Source: Sandaracinaceae bacterium (GTDB lineage Bacteria > Myxococcota_A > Polyangia > Polyangiales > Sandaracinaceae). Taken from it: a stretch of 37,277 nt of DNA. Made by a program: the position numbers and the translations under genes. Under the pieces are notes generated by a model that was not told the origin of the DNA, made no database searches, and saw nothing but the letters and a program-made list of their open reading frames with translations. Of this stretch, positions 6,344-15,260 are shown piece after piece (position 1 is the stretch's first letter; every line of letters starts with the position of its first letter). The stretch lies in the NCBI GenBank assembly GCA_041918555.1, contig JAYRVK010001221.1, positions 1 through 37,277 of the forward strand. Direction: 5' to 3'.

Positions 6344-7969
6344 ATGACGACGCACACCGTCTTGAAATTCGGGGACGCGGCGCGGGCCCGGGTCCTCGCG
6401 GGCGCGACGCAGCTCGCCGACGCCGTCCGGCTCACCCTCGGTCCCCGCTCGCGCAGCGTGTTGATCGGCCAGAAGTGGGGCGCGCCCATCGTCTGCGACG
6501 ACGGCGTGACCATCGCGAAGAAGATCAAGCTCGAGGATCCCGAGGAGGACCTCGGCGCGCAGATCCTCCGCGAGGCCGCGGTCAAGACCGGCGATGCGGT
6601 CGGCGACGGGACGAGCACCGCGACGGTGCTCGCCCACGCGCTCTTCGCCGAGGGGCTGCGCAACGTCGTCGCGGGCGCGAGCGCGGTGGAGCTGCGCTTG
6701 GGGATGCAGGCGGGCCTGCGCGCGGTCAAGGACGCGCTCGCGGCGATGGCCAAGCCCGTCTCGACGCGGCTCGAGAAGGTGCAGGTCGCCACGGTGTCGG
6801 CCCACGGCGACGCGATCACCGGCGAGCTCGTCGCGGACGCGATCGAGCGCGTGGGCGGCGAGGGGGTCGTGACGGTCGAGGAGGCCAAGGCCACCGAGAC
6901 CACGGTCGAGGTCGTCGAGGGGATGCGCTTCGATCGCGGGTTCCTGTCACCGTACTTCATCACCTCGGCGGAGAAGATGGAGACGGTCCTCGAGCGGCCG
7001 TACCTGTTCCTCACCGATCGCAAGATCGCGGCGGTCCGCGACCTCGTGCCGCTGATGGAGGCGGTGGCGCAGACCGGTCGGCCGCTCCTCGTCATCGCGG
7101 AGGACGTGACGGGCGACGCGCTCGCGACGCTCGTGGTCAACAAGCTGCGCGGCGTGTTCTCGTCGGCGGCGGTGAAGGCCCCGGGCTTCGGGGATCGGCG
7201 CAAGGCGATGCTCTCGGACATCGCGATCCTCACCGGCGGCGAGGTCGTGAGCGAGGAGGTCGGCCTGCGCCTCGAGGACGTGACGATCGAGCACCTCGGG
7301 AGCGCGGAGCGCGTCGAGATCGATCGCGAGTCCACGACCATCGTCGGCGGCGCGGGGAAGCGCGACGCGATCCAGGCGCGCTGCACGGAGCTGCGCGCGC
7401 AGATCGAGGAGACGACCTCCGACTACGACAAGGAGAAGCTCGAGGAGCGGCTCGCCAAGCTCGCGGGCGGGGTCGCGGTGATCCGCGCGGGCGCGGCCAC
7501 CGAGGCCGAGATGAAGTCGAAGAAGGAGGCGATCGAGGACGCGATCAGCGCCACACAGGCGGCGATCGCCGAGGGGATCGTGGTCGGCGGCGGCGTGGCC
7601 CTCGCGCGGGCCGGCGAGGCGACGCGGCGCCTCGAGGGAGAGCTCTCGGGCGATCGGCTCACGGGGCTGCGGGTGCTCCAGCACGCCATGCAAGTTCCCT
7701 TGCGGCAGATCGCGAAGAACTCCGGCTTCGATCCGGGCGTGGTGGTCGATCGCGTGCTCGCTTCGGCGGACACCAAGCACGGCTTCGACGCGGCCGCGGG
7801 GCGCTACGGCGACCTCGTGTCGGCGGGGATCCTCGATCCGCACAAGGTCGTGCGCGTCGCGCTCGAGAACGCGGTGAGCGTCGCGACGACGCTGCTCGTG
7901 GCCGAGGCGACGATGACGGAGATCGAGGAGGAGGCGCCGAGCGCGCCCCACGAGGCGCCGAGCTTCTGA
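6344..7969 (+). CDS. groEL: Chaperonin GroEL (Cpn60) paralogue with no adjacent groES
   Basis: ATG at 6344 is aa 171 of ORF 5834..7969, preceded by [48 protein letters not shown] and [14 protein letters not shown] are canonical. The C-terminus is [14 protein letters not shown] instead of a GGM repeat. Confidence 0.95.
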   Translation: MTTHTVLKFGDAARARVLAGATQLADAVRLTLGPRSRSVLIGQKWGAPIVCDDGVTIAKKIKLEDPEEDLGAQILREAAVKTGDAVGDGTSTATVLAHALFAEGLRNVVAGASAVELRLGMQAGLRAVKDALAAMAKPVSTRLEKVQVATVSAHGDAITGELVADAIERVGGEGVVTVEEAKATETTVEVVEGMRFDRGFLSPYFITSAEKMETVLERPYLFLTDRKIAAVRDLVPLMEAVAQTGRPLLVIAEDVTGDALATLVVNKLRGVFSSAAVKAPGFGDRRKAMLSDIAILTGGEVVSEEVGLRLEDVTIEHLGSAERVEIDRESTTIVGGAGKRDAIQARCTELRAQIEETTSDYDKEKLEERLAKLAGGVAVIRAGAATEAEMKSKKEAIEDAISATQAAIAEGIVVGGGVALARAGEATRRLEGELSGDRLTGLRVLQHAMQVPLRQIAKNSGFDPGVVVDRVLASADTKHGFDAAAGRYGDLVSAGILDPHKVVRVALENAVSVATTLLVAEATMTEIEEEAPSAPHEAPSF

Positions 7970-7981
7970 CCGAGGACGCAG

Positions 7982-8698
7982 GTGGCCCGGGTCGCACGCG
8001 CCACCCATGCTTGCGCGGTGACGCGACGCGGATGGACGGCGGTGGCCGCGATGGCGGCGGTGGTCGCGCTGATCGCCGGAACGTGGTGGCTCGCGCTCGG
8101 TGGCGAGGAGCCGGCGGCGGAGCCAGCCGCGGGAGGTCCCCCCGGGACCGACGTCCCCGAGCGGCCGGCGCGCGCCCGTGACGACGCGCCGGCCGAGCCC
8201 GCGCGCGAAACAGGCCGTCCCGAGCGACCGGGCTTCGAGGCGCGCCGCGCCGAGTGGCAGGAGCGCTGGCGCCAGGCGGTGACGATCGCACCGACGGGTG
8301 CGCGCGCGCCGGGCTTCACCCCGGACGCGATCCGCGAGGCGCTCTCGCCCTCGCGAGAGCAGCTGCGCGCGTGCGTCACCGAGTCGGGCGGCTGGCGCGG
8401 GCTCTTCGAGGCGCGGCGCGCCCAATGGGCGGAGCGCCGCGCCGCGGCCGACGGCGTGCCGCGCGAGCGGCCGCGGTCGCGCGTGTCGTTCCAGGTCCGC
8501 GCGGACGGCACCGTCGACCCGGCGACGGTCGCGTTCGATCCGCCGATGCCCGACGCGTACCGACCCTGCTTCGAGGCGCACTTCACGTCGCTGCGCCTCG
8601 ACGACGTGGGCGACGGCGCCCGCGTCGATCTGCCGATGGGCCCGCCCGGCGGGCGACCGATGCAGCTCGGCGACGGCGGCGTGCCAACCGCGGGCTGA
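7982..8698 (+). CDS. Membrane-anchored hypothetical protein (N-terminal TM, Pro/Arg/Glu-rich linker, Cys-containing C-terminal domain)
   Basis: GTG at 7982 lies 12 nt after the groEL stop. The TM segment is WTAVAAMAAVVALIAGTWWLAL. The C-terminal part (LRACV...VSFQVRADGTVDPATVAFDPP...YRPCFEAHF) resembles myxobacterial AgmX/TonB-C-like domains, with weak recall. Confidence 0.5.
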   Translation: MARVARATHACAVTRRGWTAVAAMAAVVALIAGTWWLALGGEEPAAEPAAGGPPGTDVPERPARARDDAPAEPARETGRPERPGFEARRAEWQERWRQAVTIAPTGARAPGFTPDAIREALSPSREQLRACVTESGGWRGLFEARRAQWAERRAAADGVPRERPRSRVSFQVRADGTVDPATVAFDPPMPDAYRPCFEAHFTSLRLDDVGDGARVDLPMGPPGGRPMQLGDGGVPTAG

Positions 8699-8972
8699 CG
8701 CGGGCGGGCGCGGGGACGCCCTCCCGGCGAGACCGCGCCGGAGTGAGCCTCGGCGCCGCGCCCCCACGGCGCGCCGAGCCGCGATGGCGCCGAGGCCTCC
8801 GCGCGCGAGCTCGGCCCACGTGGGGAGCACCGTGGCGTGGCTCCGGTCGCGGCCCTCCTCGCCGGCGCCGCGATCGGCGCCGCCACCGGCGCGCTGCTCC
8901 TGCGCGTGGCGCGCGGATCGCGGGGCCGATCTCGACACGACCAGAGCGAGCACGTAGCGTGTCGGGCGTTCC

Positions 8973-11231
8973 ATGCAGCACTCGACGGTTCTCCGGTCGA
9001 CCCTCGTCCTCGCCTCCTCGATCCTCGGCCTCGCGTGCGAGAGCCCGGTGGAGCGGCCGCCGCCCCCCGAGAACGACGGGATCCACGGGTTCGCCAACGG
9101 GTGCTATGCGCTCGACGCGACCGAGCCGGGCAGCACCGACACGCGCTGGCTCGAGCCGACCGAGACGGGCGAGGGCTTCGCGTTCACCGCGCGCGAGGCG
9201 AGCGCGGGCTCGCGCTTCTTCCTCAAGGCCTCCGATCTCGGGACCTACCTCTTCTTCGACGCCGACGGGCGCTACCTCGTCGCGGAGGACGGGCCGCTCC
9301 TGCGCCAGGACGAGCTCCTCTCGGACGTGCTCACGGTCGACGACACCTACGATCCCGGCGCGGAGTGGGAGGTGCAAGTCTCCGTGCACGATGCAGCGCG
9401 CTTCCAGCTCCGACACCGGAAGAGCGGACGCTGGCTGGGGCGCGCCGGGCTCGTCGCGGACGAGGCGAGCGCCGCGGTGGTCGCGCTGTATCCACAGGAG
9501 GGCTGCGCGGAGCACCCGGAGCTCACCCTCGACGCCGAGGGCTCACCGGCGCCGCGCGCGTTCGACGACGGCGCGGTCTACGGGATCGTCGACACGCACT
9601 CGCACATCATGAGCAACTTCGGCTTCGGCGGCGGCGGCATCTTCCACGGCGCGCCGTTCCACCCGCTCGGCGTCGAGCACGCCCTCCCCGACTGCAGCCT
9701 CTTCCACGGCAACGAGGGCCGGATGGACCTGTTCGGCTACGGCTACGACCAGGGCAGCGACATCGACGTGAACGTGCTCTTGCCCGCGTTCATCTCGGGC
9801 CGGCTCTCGGAGTTCAACCACTTCACCGCGGGCTACCCCGACTTCACGGAGTGGCCGAGCGCGCCCGACAGCTCGACGCACCAGACCCAGTACTGGCGCT
9901 GGCTCGAGCGCGCGTGGCTCGGCGGCCTGCGCCTCGTCGTCCAGCACGCGACGACGAACTCGATCATCTGCGAGCTCCTCGTCGGCGAGGGCATCCAGCG
10001 CGTGCGCTACTCGTGCAACGACATGGTCGCGGTCGATCGGATCATCGAGGAGACCTACAACCTCGAGCGCTACATCGACGCGCACTACGGGGGTCCCGGG
10101 CGCGGCTTCTTCCGGGTCGTGCGCACGCCCGCGGAGGCGCGCGCGGTGATCCTCGAGGGCAAGATGGCGGTGATCCTCGGGATCGAGACCGCGAACATCT
10201 TCGACTGCTTCAGCGTGCCGCGCGCCGGGTTCCCCATGTGCGACGAGGCGTTCATGCGCGCGCAGCTCGACCGCTACTACGAGCTCGGGGTGCGCGCGGT
10301 GTTCCCGGTCCACAAGTACGACAACGCGTTCTCCGCCGGCGACGGCAACCGCTCGTTCATCGAGCTCGGCAACTTCGTGAACAGCGGCCACTGGTCGAGC
10401 TTCACAGAGGACTGCCCCGACGTGCCGGGCGGCGCGTTCGATCACGGGCCCGTCCAGTTCGGCGGCCTCAACATGCCGCGCGACGACTACGGGGCGCCGC
10501 CGCCGAACGACATGAGCATGTTCGCGTCGAACCCGGTGCAGACCGTCGCGCCGTTCCTGGACCAGGTGCTCGAGCCCGCGCTCGAGGGCGAGTGGTGCCA
10601 GAGCCACGGGCTCACCCCGCTCGGCGAGCAGCTCCTCGACGAGCTGATGGCGCGCGGGATGATCATCGAGATCGATCACCTGCCGCGGCGGAGCTACGCG
10701 CGCGCCTTCGAGATCCTCACCGCCGCCGACTACCCGGCGGTCGGCACGCACGGCGAGAACAATCGCGGCTTGATCTACGCGCTCGGCGGGCTGTCGACGG
10801 TCGGCATCGGCCGCTGCGCGGACCCCGCGAACCCGGGCGCGATGACGGATCGGCTGAACGCGCGCGCGGAGCTCGCCGCGTCGATGGGGGGCTACCGCGC
10901 GGAGGGGTTCGGGTTCGATCTCAACGGCTTCGCGGGCGGGCCGGGGCCGCGCTTCGGCGAGGGCCGATGCGGCACCCCGCAGACCAACCCCGTCACCTAC
11001 CCGTTCACCTCGTACGCGGGCGACGTGACCTTCACCGAGCCGCGCGTCGGCAACCGCGTCATCGACTTCAACACCGAGGGGATGGCCCACATCGGGCTGC
11101 TCCCGGAGCTGATCGAGGACGCGCGCCGCGGAGGATCGACCGAGGAGGACCTCGAGCCGCTCTTCCGCAGCGCGGAAGGTTACTTGCGGATGTGGGAGCG
11201 GGCGGAGGCGCGCGCCGCCGCCCGGCCGTAG
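8973..11231 (+). CDS. Lipoprotein with an N-terminal beta-trefoil-like region and a divergent membrane-dipeptidase (peptidase M19)-like TIM-barrel hydrolase domain
   Basis: The lipobox is LGLAC. VDTHSHI, AVILGIETANIF...YYELGVRAVFPVHKYDNAF, GLTPLGEQLLDELMARGMIIEIDHL...AVGTHG, GFGFDLNGF and a GYLRMWE tail follow the M19 motif order. Confidence 0.7.
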   Translation: MQHSTVLRSTLVLASSILGLACESPVERPPPPENDGIHGFANGCYALDATEPGSTDTRWLEPTETGEGFAFTAREASAGSRFFLKASDLGTYLFFDADGRYLVAEDGPLLRQDELLSDVLTVDDTYDPGAEWEVQVSVHDAARFQLRHRKSGRWLGRAGLVADEASAAVVALYPQEGCAEHPELTLDAEGSPAPRAFDDGAVYGIVDTHSHIMSNFGFGGGGIFHGAPFHPLGVEHALPDCSLFHGNEGRMDLFGYGYDQGSDIDVNVLLPAFISGRLSEFNHFTAGYPDFTEWPSAPDSSTHQTQYWRWLERAWLGGLRLVVQHATTNSIICELLVGEGIQRVRYSCNDMVAVDRIIEETYNLERYIDAHYGGPGRGFFRVVRTPAEARAVILEGKMAVILGIETANIFDCFSVPRAGFPMCDEAFMRAQLDRYYELGVRAVFPVHKYDNAFSAGDGNRSFIELGNFVNSGHWSSFTEDCPDVPGGAFDHGPVQFGGLNMPRDDYGAPPPNDMSMFASNPVQTVAPFLDQVLEPALEGEWCQSHGLTPLGEQLLDELMARGMIIEIDHLPRRSYARAFEILTAADYPAVGTHGENNRGLIYALGGLSTVGIGRCADPANPGAMTDRLNARAELAASMGGYRAEGFGFDLNGFAGGPGPRFGEGRCGTPQTNPVTYPFTSYAGDVTFTEPRVGNRVIDFNTEGMAHIGLLPELIEDARRGGSTEEDLEPLFRSAEGYLRMWERAEARAAARP

Positions 11232-13508
11232 CTACGGGCAGCTCGGGTTCGGGCCGCCGGGGGTGCCGACGTTCACGCCGTCGTAGGGCGGCGAGATGAG
11301 CGCGCACCAGTTGCCACCGGCGTCGTTCATCACGTCGTCCTGCGCGGCCGGGTCCAGGCTCATCGAGAGCGAGTCCGGGCTCGGGAAGGTCGCGCCGCCG
11401 TCGTAGGCGACGCGGTCGACGAGCGTCGGGCCCGCGCCGCACTCGATCACGATCTCGTCGGCGTTGTTGTCGAGCTGGAAGCCGTTCGGGTACTCGTAGT
11501 CCGCGGTGAACGGGACCATGCGCTGGCCGAAGGACAGGATCTGCCCGGGCCGGACGAGCAGGTCGCCCGCGATCGTGAAGGTGTTGGCGCCGTCGTCGAA
11601 GACGCGGCAGCCGTTGAGGTTGAGGGTCGCCGTCGTCGTGTTGGCGATCTCGAACCACTCGCGGCCGGCGTCGGTGCCCGCCGGGTTCTTCATGATCTCG
11701 TTGACCACGAGGTCCCCCGCGGTGGTCGGCGGCCCGAAGGTCATCGCCGCGGTCGTGATGTTGAGGGTCAGCGGACCCTCGGCGCCGGCGAAGCCGTCGA
11801 CCACGATGATGACGGTCTCCCCCGCGGCGAGGCCGACGGTGAGGCGCGACGCCGTGCCGAGGGCCGCGTCGTCGTTGTTGCAGGCGATCTCTTCACCGAG
11901 GCACGACGCGGCGAGCAGGTACAGGGTCGTGTCGTGCGCCGTGCCCGCGGTGTCGATGGTGTAGAGGCCGGTGGAGGGCGCGGTGAACTCGAAGGTCGTG
12001 TCCGGCCCCGAGCCGCCGCAGCTCCCGGTCCGCCGGCTGACCCCGCCGGTCGTGTCGCCGGTGCCCACCCCCGCGCCGACCATCATCGCCAGGTCGGTCG
12101 CCGGGCACGGATCGCACGGCGCGAGGCGCGTGCAGTCGAAGTCGTCGCAGTCGACGTCGCCGTCCCCGTCGTCGTCGGTCGCGTTGCCGCACGCCGTCTC
12201 GGTGCAGTCCGCGTAGCCGGTGCAGTCCGCGTCGGCGCAGTCGACGTCCATGTCGCCGTCGTCGTCGGTGCCGTTGCCGCACTCGGTCGCCGTCTCGGCG
12301 CACGCGTCGACGGCCTGGCAGTCGCCGTCGAGGCAGTCGATGCTGCCGTCGCGGTCGTCGTCCATCCCGTTCGTGCACGACGACTCGCGGGTGGCGGTCG
12401 GCGTCGGGACGATGCTGAGGACGTAGTTGCCCTCCTCCCCGAAGTCGAAGCCGTCGACGACCAGCGTCACGGTGTCGCCCGCGGTGAGCATCAGGTCGAC
12501 GCGCGACTGGAGCGTCCCCGCCGAGGCGTTGTCCTCGCACGCGATCTCGTCCGCGGAGGCGCAGCTCGCGCCGGTGTGGACCGCGAGCACGGTGTCGAAG
12601 TCCGAGCCGAGCGTGTCGAAGGTCCAGCTCCCGGTCGAGGGCGCGGTCCACGTGAACGTCGCGTCGCCCGTGCCCGCGCCGAAGAAGTCGCAGCTCGGGG
12701 CCACGTCGTCGGGCGCGCCCACCGTCGTGCCGGTCGCGACCGAGTCGCCGACCATCATCCCGAGGTCCGTGTCCGGGCACGCGAACGGGTTGATGTTGAG
12801 GACGTAGTTGCCCTCCTCGGTCGCGTCGTAGCCGTCGACCACGATGGTGATCATCTGGCCCGCGGTGAGGTCGAGGGTGATCGACGACAGGAGGCCGGTG
12901 CCCGTGTCGTCGCTGCAGTCGAGCTCGGTCCCCGCGCAGTCGAAGCCGTCGCGGACGTGGAGCGCGGTGTCGTAGTCCGAGCCGAAGGTGTCGAAGACGA
13001 ACGGTCCCGTCGACGGCGCCGTCCAGGTGAACGCGATGTCGGGGCCCCCCACGTCGGCGCAGGTCGCCGGGGAGTCGTCGCCCGCGCCGACCGTGGAGCC
13101 GGTCGAGACGGCCGCGCCGACCGCGCTGCCGAGACCCATGTCGGGGACGCACCCGGTCGGGCCCGCGTCCATGCCGCCGCCCGCGTCGGTCCCGCCGCCC
13201 GCGTCCGCCCCGCCGCCCGCGTCCATGCCGCCGGCGTCGGTGCCGCCCGCGTCGGTCCCGCCGCCCGCGTCGGTGTCACCCGCGTCCGTCGCGCCAGCGT
13301 CGTCGCCGGGGCCCGCGTCGTCGCCCGGGCCCGCGTCGGTGCCCATCGGGCCCGCGTCGGTGCCCATCGGGCCCGCGTCCGTGCCCATGGGGCCCGCGTC
13401 CGTGCCCATGGGGCCCGCGTCCGTGCCCGTGTCGCCGTCGCAGCCGCCGATCGCGAGCGCGCAGAAGAGTGCCGAGAAGACCAGCTTGGTGGTCGCAGTA
13501 CGATCCAT
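11232..13508 (-). CDS. Lipoprotein with a TDAG-type repeat linker, three PPC-like (pre-peptidase C-terminal) modules, MopE-like C-x-N-G-x-DDDGDG repeats and a C-terminal lamin-tail domain (LTD)
   Basis: The start is ATG 13508 (GAGGG eight nt upstream); the alternative is 13514. Signal peptide and lipobox read FCALAIGGC. Three copies of ...FTWTAPSTG.F.FDT.GSD.DT.L......C...E..C.DD......S...L.L.AG....VVDG......G.Y.L.I occur. LTD motifs are VVNEIMKNPAG.DAGREWFEIANTT...LNGCRVFDD. The rest of the 1295-aa ORF is read-through into the antisense of the next gene. Confidence 0.8.
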   Translation of the reverse strand: MDRTATTKLVFSALFCALAIGGCDGDTGTDAGPMGTDAGPMGTDAGPMGTDAGPMGTDAGPGDDAGPGDDAGATDAGDTDAGGGTDAGGTDAGGMDAGGGADAGGGTDAGGGMDAGPTGCVPDMGLGSAVGAAVSTGSTVGAGDDSPATCADVGGPDIAFTWTAPSTGPFVFDTFGSDYDTALHVRDGFDCAGTELDCSDDTGTGLLSSITLDLTAGQMITIVVDGYDATEEGNYVLNINPFACPDTDLGMMVGDSVATGTTVGAPDDVAPSCDFFGAGTGDATFTWTAPSTGSWTFDTLGSDFDTVLAVHTGASCASADEIACEDNASAGTLQSRVDLMLTAGDTVTLVVDGFDFGEEGNYVLSIVPTPTATRESSCTNGMDDDRDGSIDCLDGDCQAVDACAETATECGNGTDDDGDMDVDCADADCTGYADCTETACGNATDDDGDGDVDCDDFDCTRLAPCDPCPATDLAMMVGAGVGTGDTTGGVSRRTGSCGGSGPDTTFEFTAPSTGLYTIDTAGTAHDTTLYLLAASCLGEEIACNNDDAALGTASRLTVGLAAGETVIIVVDGFAGAEGPLTLNITTAAMTFGPPTTAGDLVVNEIMKNPAGTDAGREWFEIANTTTATLNLNGCRVFDDGANTFTIAGDLLVRPGQILSFGQRMVPFTADYEYPNGFQLDNNADEIVIECGAGPTLVDRVAYDGGATFPSPDSLSMSLDPAAQDDVMNDAGGNWCALISPPYDGVNVGTPGGPNPSCP
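13327..13431 (-). repeat. 5 x 21-bp in-frame tandem repeat encoding (GTDAGPM)n in the lipoprotein linker
   Basis: The units are 13327-47, 13348-68, 13369-89, 13390-410 and 13411-31. Units 1 and 2 are identical, units 3 and 4 are identical, and the groups differ by 1-2 nt. Confidence 0.9.
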
Positions 13509-13600
13509 CGTCATCACCCTCGTCACGGCGACCGCCCCCAAAACCTGGGCCGCCGAAGTGGCGGTCCTTACCCCGCGAGGCCGACCCGCGCCACCCGAAG

Positions 13601-15163
13601 CTACGCGGTGAGCTCGCGCGGCCAGAGCGGGAGCCGCCCGCGCAGGGCCTCGAGGACGTCGTCGAGCTCGCGCGAGGTGTCGACCGGGAGGTGCTCGTCC
13701 GCAGGCAGCTCCTCGACCGCCTCCCAGCGCGCGAGGAAGTCGTCGAAGATCTCGAGCCGCCCGTCGCTGACGCTCGCCTCGCGGTCGCGGACGCGTAAAC
13801 GCGCCTTGCAGATGCGCGGATCCGCACGGCACTCGACGAAGCGGAACGGGACGCCGGCCTCCGCCGCGACGCGCCGCGCGTCGGCCCGCATCGCGCGCGA
13901 CCGGAACGACGCGTCGAGGATGACGGGCCGGCCGGAGGCGAGCACGACCTTGGCGAGGCGATCGACCTCCTCGTAGACGCGCGAGGTGAAGTCGGGATCG
14001 TAGGCCCCCGCCCACGAGCCGTCGTAGAGCTTGTCGGTCGCGCGCGCGCCGAGCAGGTGCTTGCGGATGCGATCGGTGTTGATCGCGGGCGCGCCCATCG
14101 CGGCGCCCAGCCGATCCGCGAGCGTCGACTTGCCCGACGCGATCGGACCGCCGATGGCGACGAGCATCGGGGGCATCAGCGGGCGGCGCTCCGCGGCGAG
14201 CGCGAGGAGGAGGTAGCGGCGCGCCTCGCGCCGCGCGCGCTCGCGCGTCTCGACGGGGGCGCGCTCGTCGGCCGCGACCATCGCCGCGATCTTCCCGCGC
14301 ACGTAGGCGCGATAGCTCTCGTAGAAGTCGACGAGCGGGTAGAGGTCGTAGTCGCTCGTCTCGCGCGCGTAGGTCGCGAGCGCGCGCTCGGCGAGGTCGA
14401 CGCGGCCGTGCCACGCGAGGTCCATGGACAGGAACGCCAGGTCGGCGCACACGTCCGCGAAGCGGAACCGCTCGTTGTACTCGATGCAGTCGAGGACGCG
14501 CACGAGCCCGTCGTCCTCGAGGTAGAAGTGCTCGAGGCGGAGGTCGCCGTGCCCGTCGCGCACGCGGCGCGCGGCGATGCGCGCGGCGAAGAGCTCGCCG
14601 TGCGTCGCGAGGAAGTCGAGCTGCCAGCGCTCGATCGCCTGGGCCTCCTCCGCGGTGAGCAGCCCGTCGAGGAGCCCGCGGGTCTGCTCGAAGTTCTCGC
14701 GGACGTTGAGGCCGATCGCGTCCGGCCGGCCGAACGCGGCGGTCTCGGGGCCCGCGGGGCACTCCGCGTGGAACGCTGCGATCCGGAGCGCCATGCGATC
14801 GACCTCGGCGACGCCGAGGCGTCCCTCCGCGAGCCGGACGTCGGCGCGCGCCGCGTCGGGGAGGCGACGCATGCGCACCGCCCAGTCGACGAGCTCGCCC
14901 GATCCGTCGATCGCGTGCCGGCCCGCCGCGTCGCGCGTGATCGGGACCACGCCGCGGTACACGTCGGGCGCGAGGCGCGCGTTGAGCGCGTGCTCGGCGT
15001 CGCAAGCCGCCTTGCGCCTCTCGATGGTCGTGAAGTCCAGAAAGCCGAAATTCACGGGCTTCTTGACCTTGAAGACCTCGTCGCCGACGGCGAAGACCCA
15101 CGAGACGTGGGTCTGCCACACCCGGTCGGCGCCCTGGCCCAGATCGATCGCGAGCTCGCCCAC
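13601..15163 (-). CDS. Bifunctional aminoglycoside-phosphotransferase-like kinase / P-loop (AAA_33-type) ATP-binding protein
   Basis: The N-terminal APH fold has VFKVKKP...HGDLRLEHFY...LDCIEYNERFRFADVCADLAFL. The C-terminal Walker A is IGGPIASGKSTLA, followed by a VILDASF Walker B-like motif. Confidence 0.85.
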   Translation of the reverse strand: MGELAIDLGQGADRVWQTHVSWVFAVGDEVFKVKKPVNFGFLDFTTIERRKAACDAEHALNARLAPDVYRGVVPITRDAAGRHAIDGSGELVDWAVRMRRLPDAARADVRLAEGRLGVAEVDRMALRIAAFHAECPAGPETAAFGRPDAIGLNVRENFEQTRGLLDGLLTAEEAQAIERWQLDFLATHGELFAARIAARRVRDGHGDLRLEHFYLEDDGLVRVLDCIEYNERFRFADVCADLAFLSMDLAWHGRVDLAERALATYARETSDYDLYPLVDFYESYRAYVRGKIAAMVAADERAPVETRERARREARRYLLLALAAERRPLMPPMLVAIGGPIASGKSTLADRLGAAMGAPAINTDRIRKHLLGARATDKLYDGSWAGAYDPDFTSRVYEEVDRLAKVVLASGRPVILDASFRSRAMRADARRVAAEAGVPFRFVECRADPRICKARLRVRDREASVSDGRLEIFDDFLARWEAVEELPADEHLPVDTSRELDDVLEALRGRLPLWPRELTA

Positions 15164-15260
15164 GGTGCGGACGTATGCGCGTTGATCACTCCGGGCAAGT
15201 CGCGTGACTCACGCGCCGGGTCTCGATTCCGAGGCCACGGTCTCGGACCCGGAGGAGCTC

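Noticed and set aside
8699-8972. A small membrane peptide (start GTG 8837, MAPVAALLAGAAIGAATGALLLRV...) and an 11-bp stem (8747-8757 / 8786-8796) in the 274-bp gap after the groEL operon
   Set aside because: The peptide frame has no stop before running 2.4 kb out of frame through the next gene, so it cannot be delimited. The hairpin has a 28-nt loop and no U-tract, so I cannot support a terminator call.
13327-13431. A possible CRISPR-like array of 21-bp repeats; likewise at 33300-33362
   Set aside because: The units are directly adjacent with no spacers. They are in frame inside coding sequence and translate to GTDAGPM / DAGGAGT linker repeats.
11232-15119. The single 1295-aa ORF spanning two genes
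   Set aside because: Only the C-terminal 758 aa (from ATG 13508, with signal peptide and lipobox) make sense. The N-terminal part is an out-of-frame reading across the APH/P-loop kinase gene (13601..15163), which has its own clear motifs.
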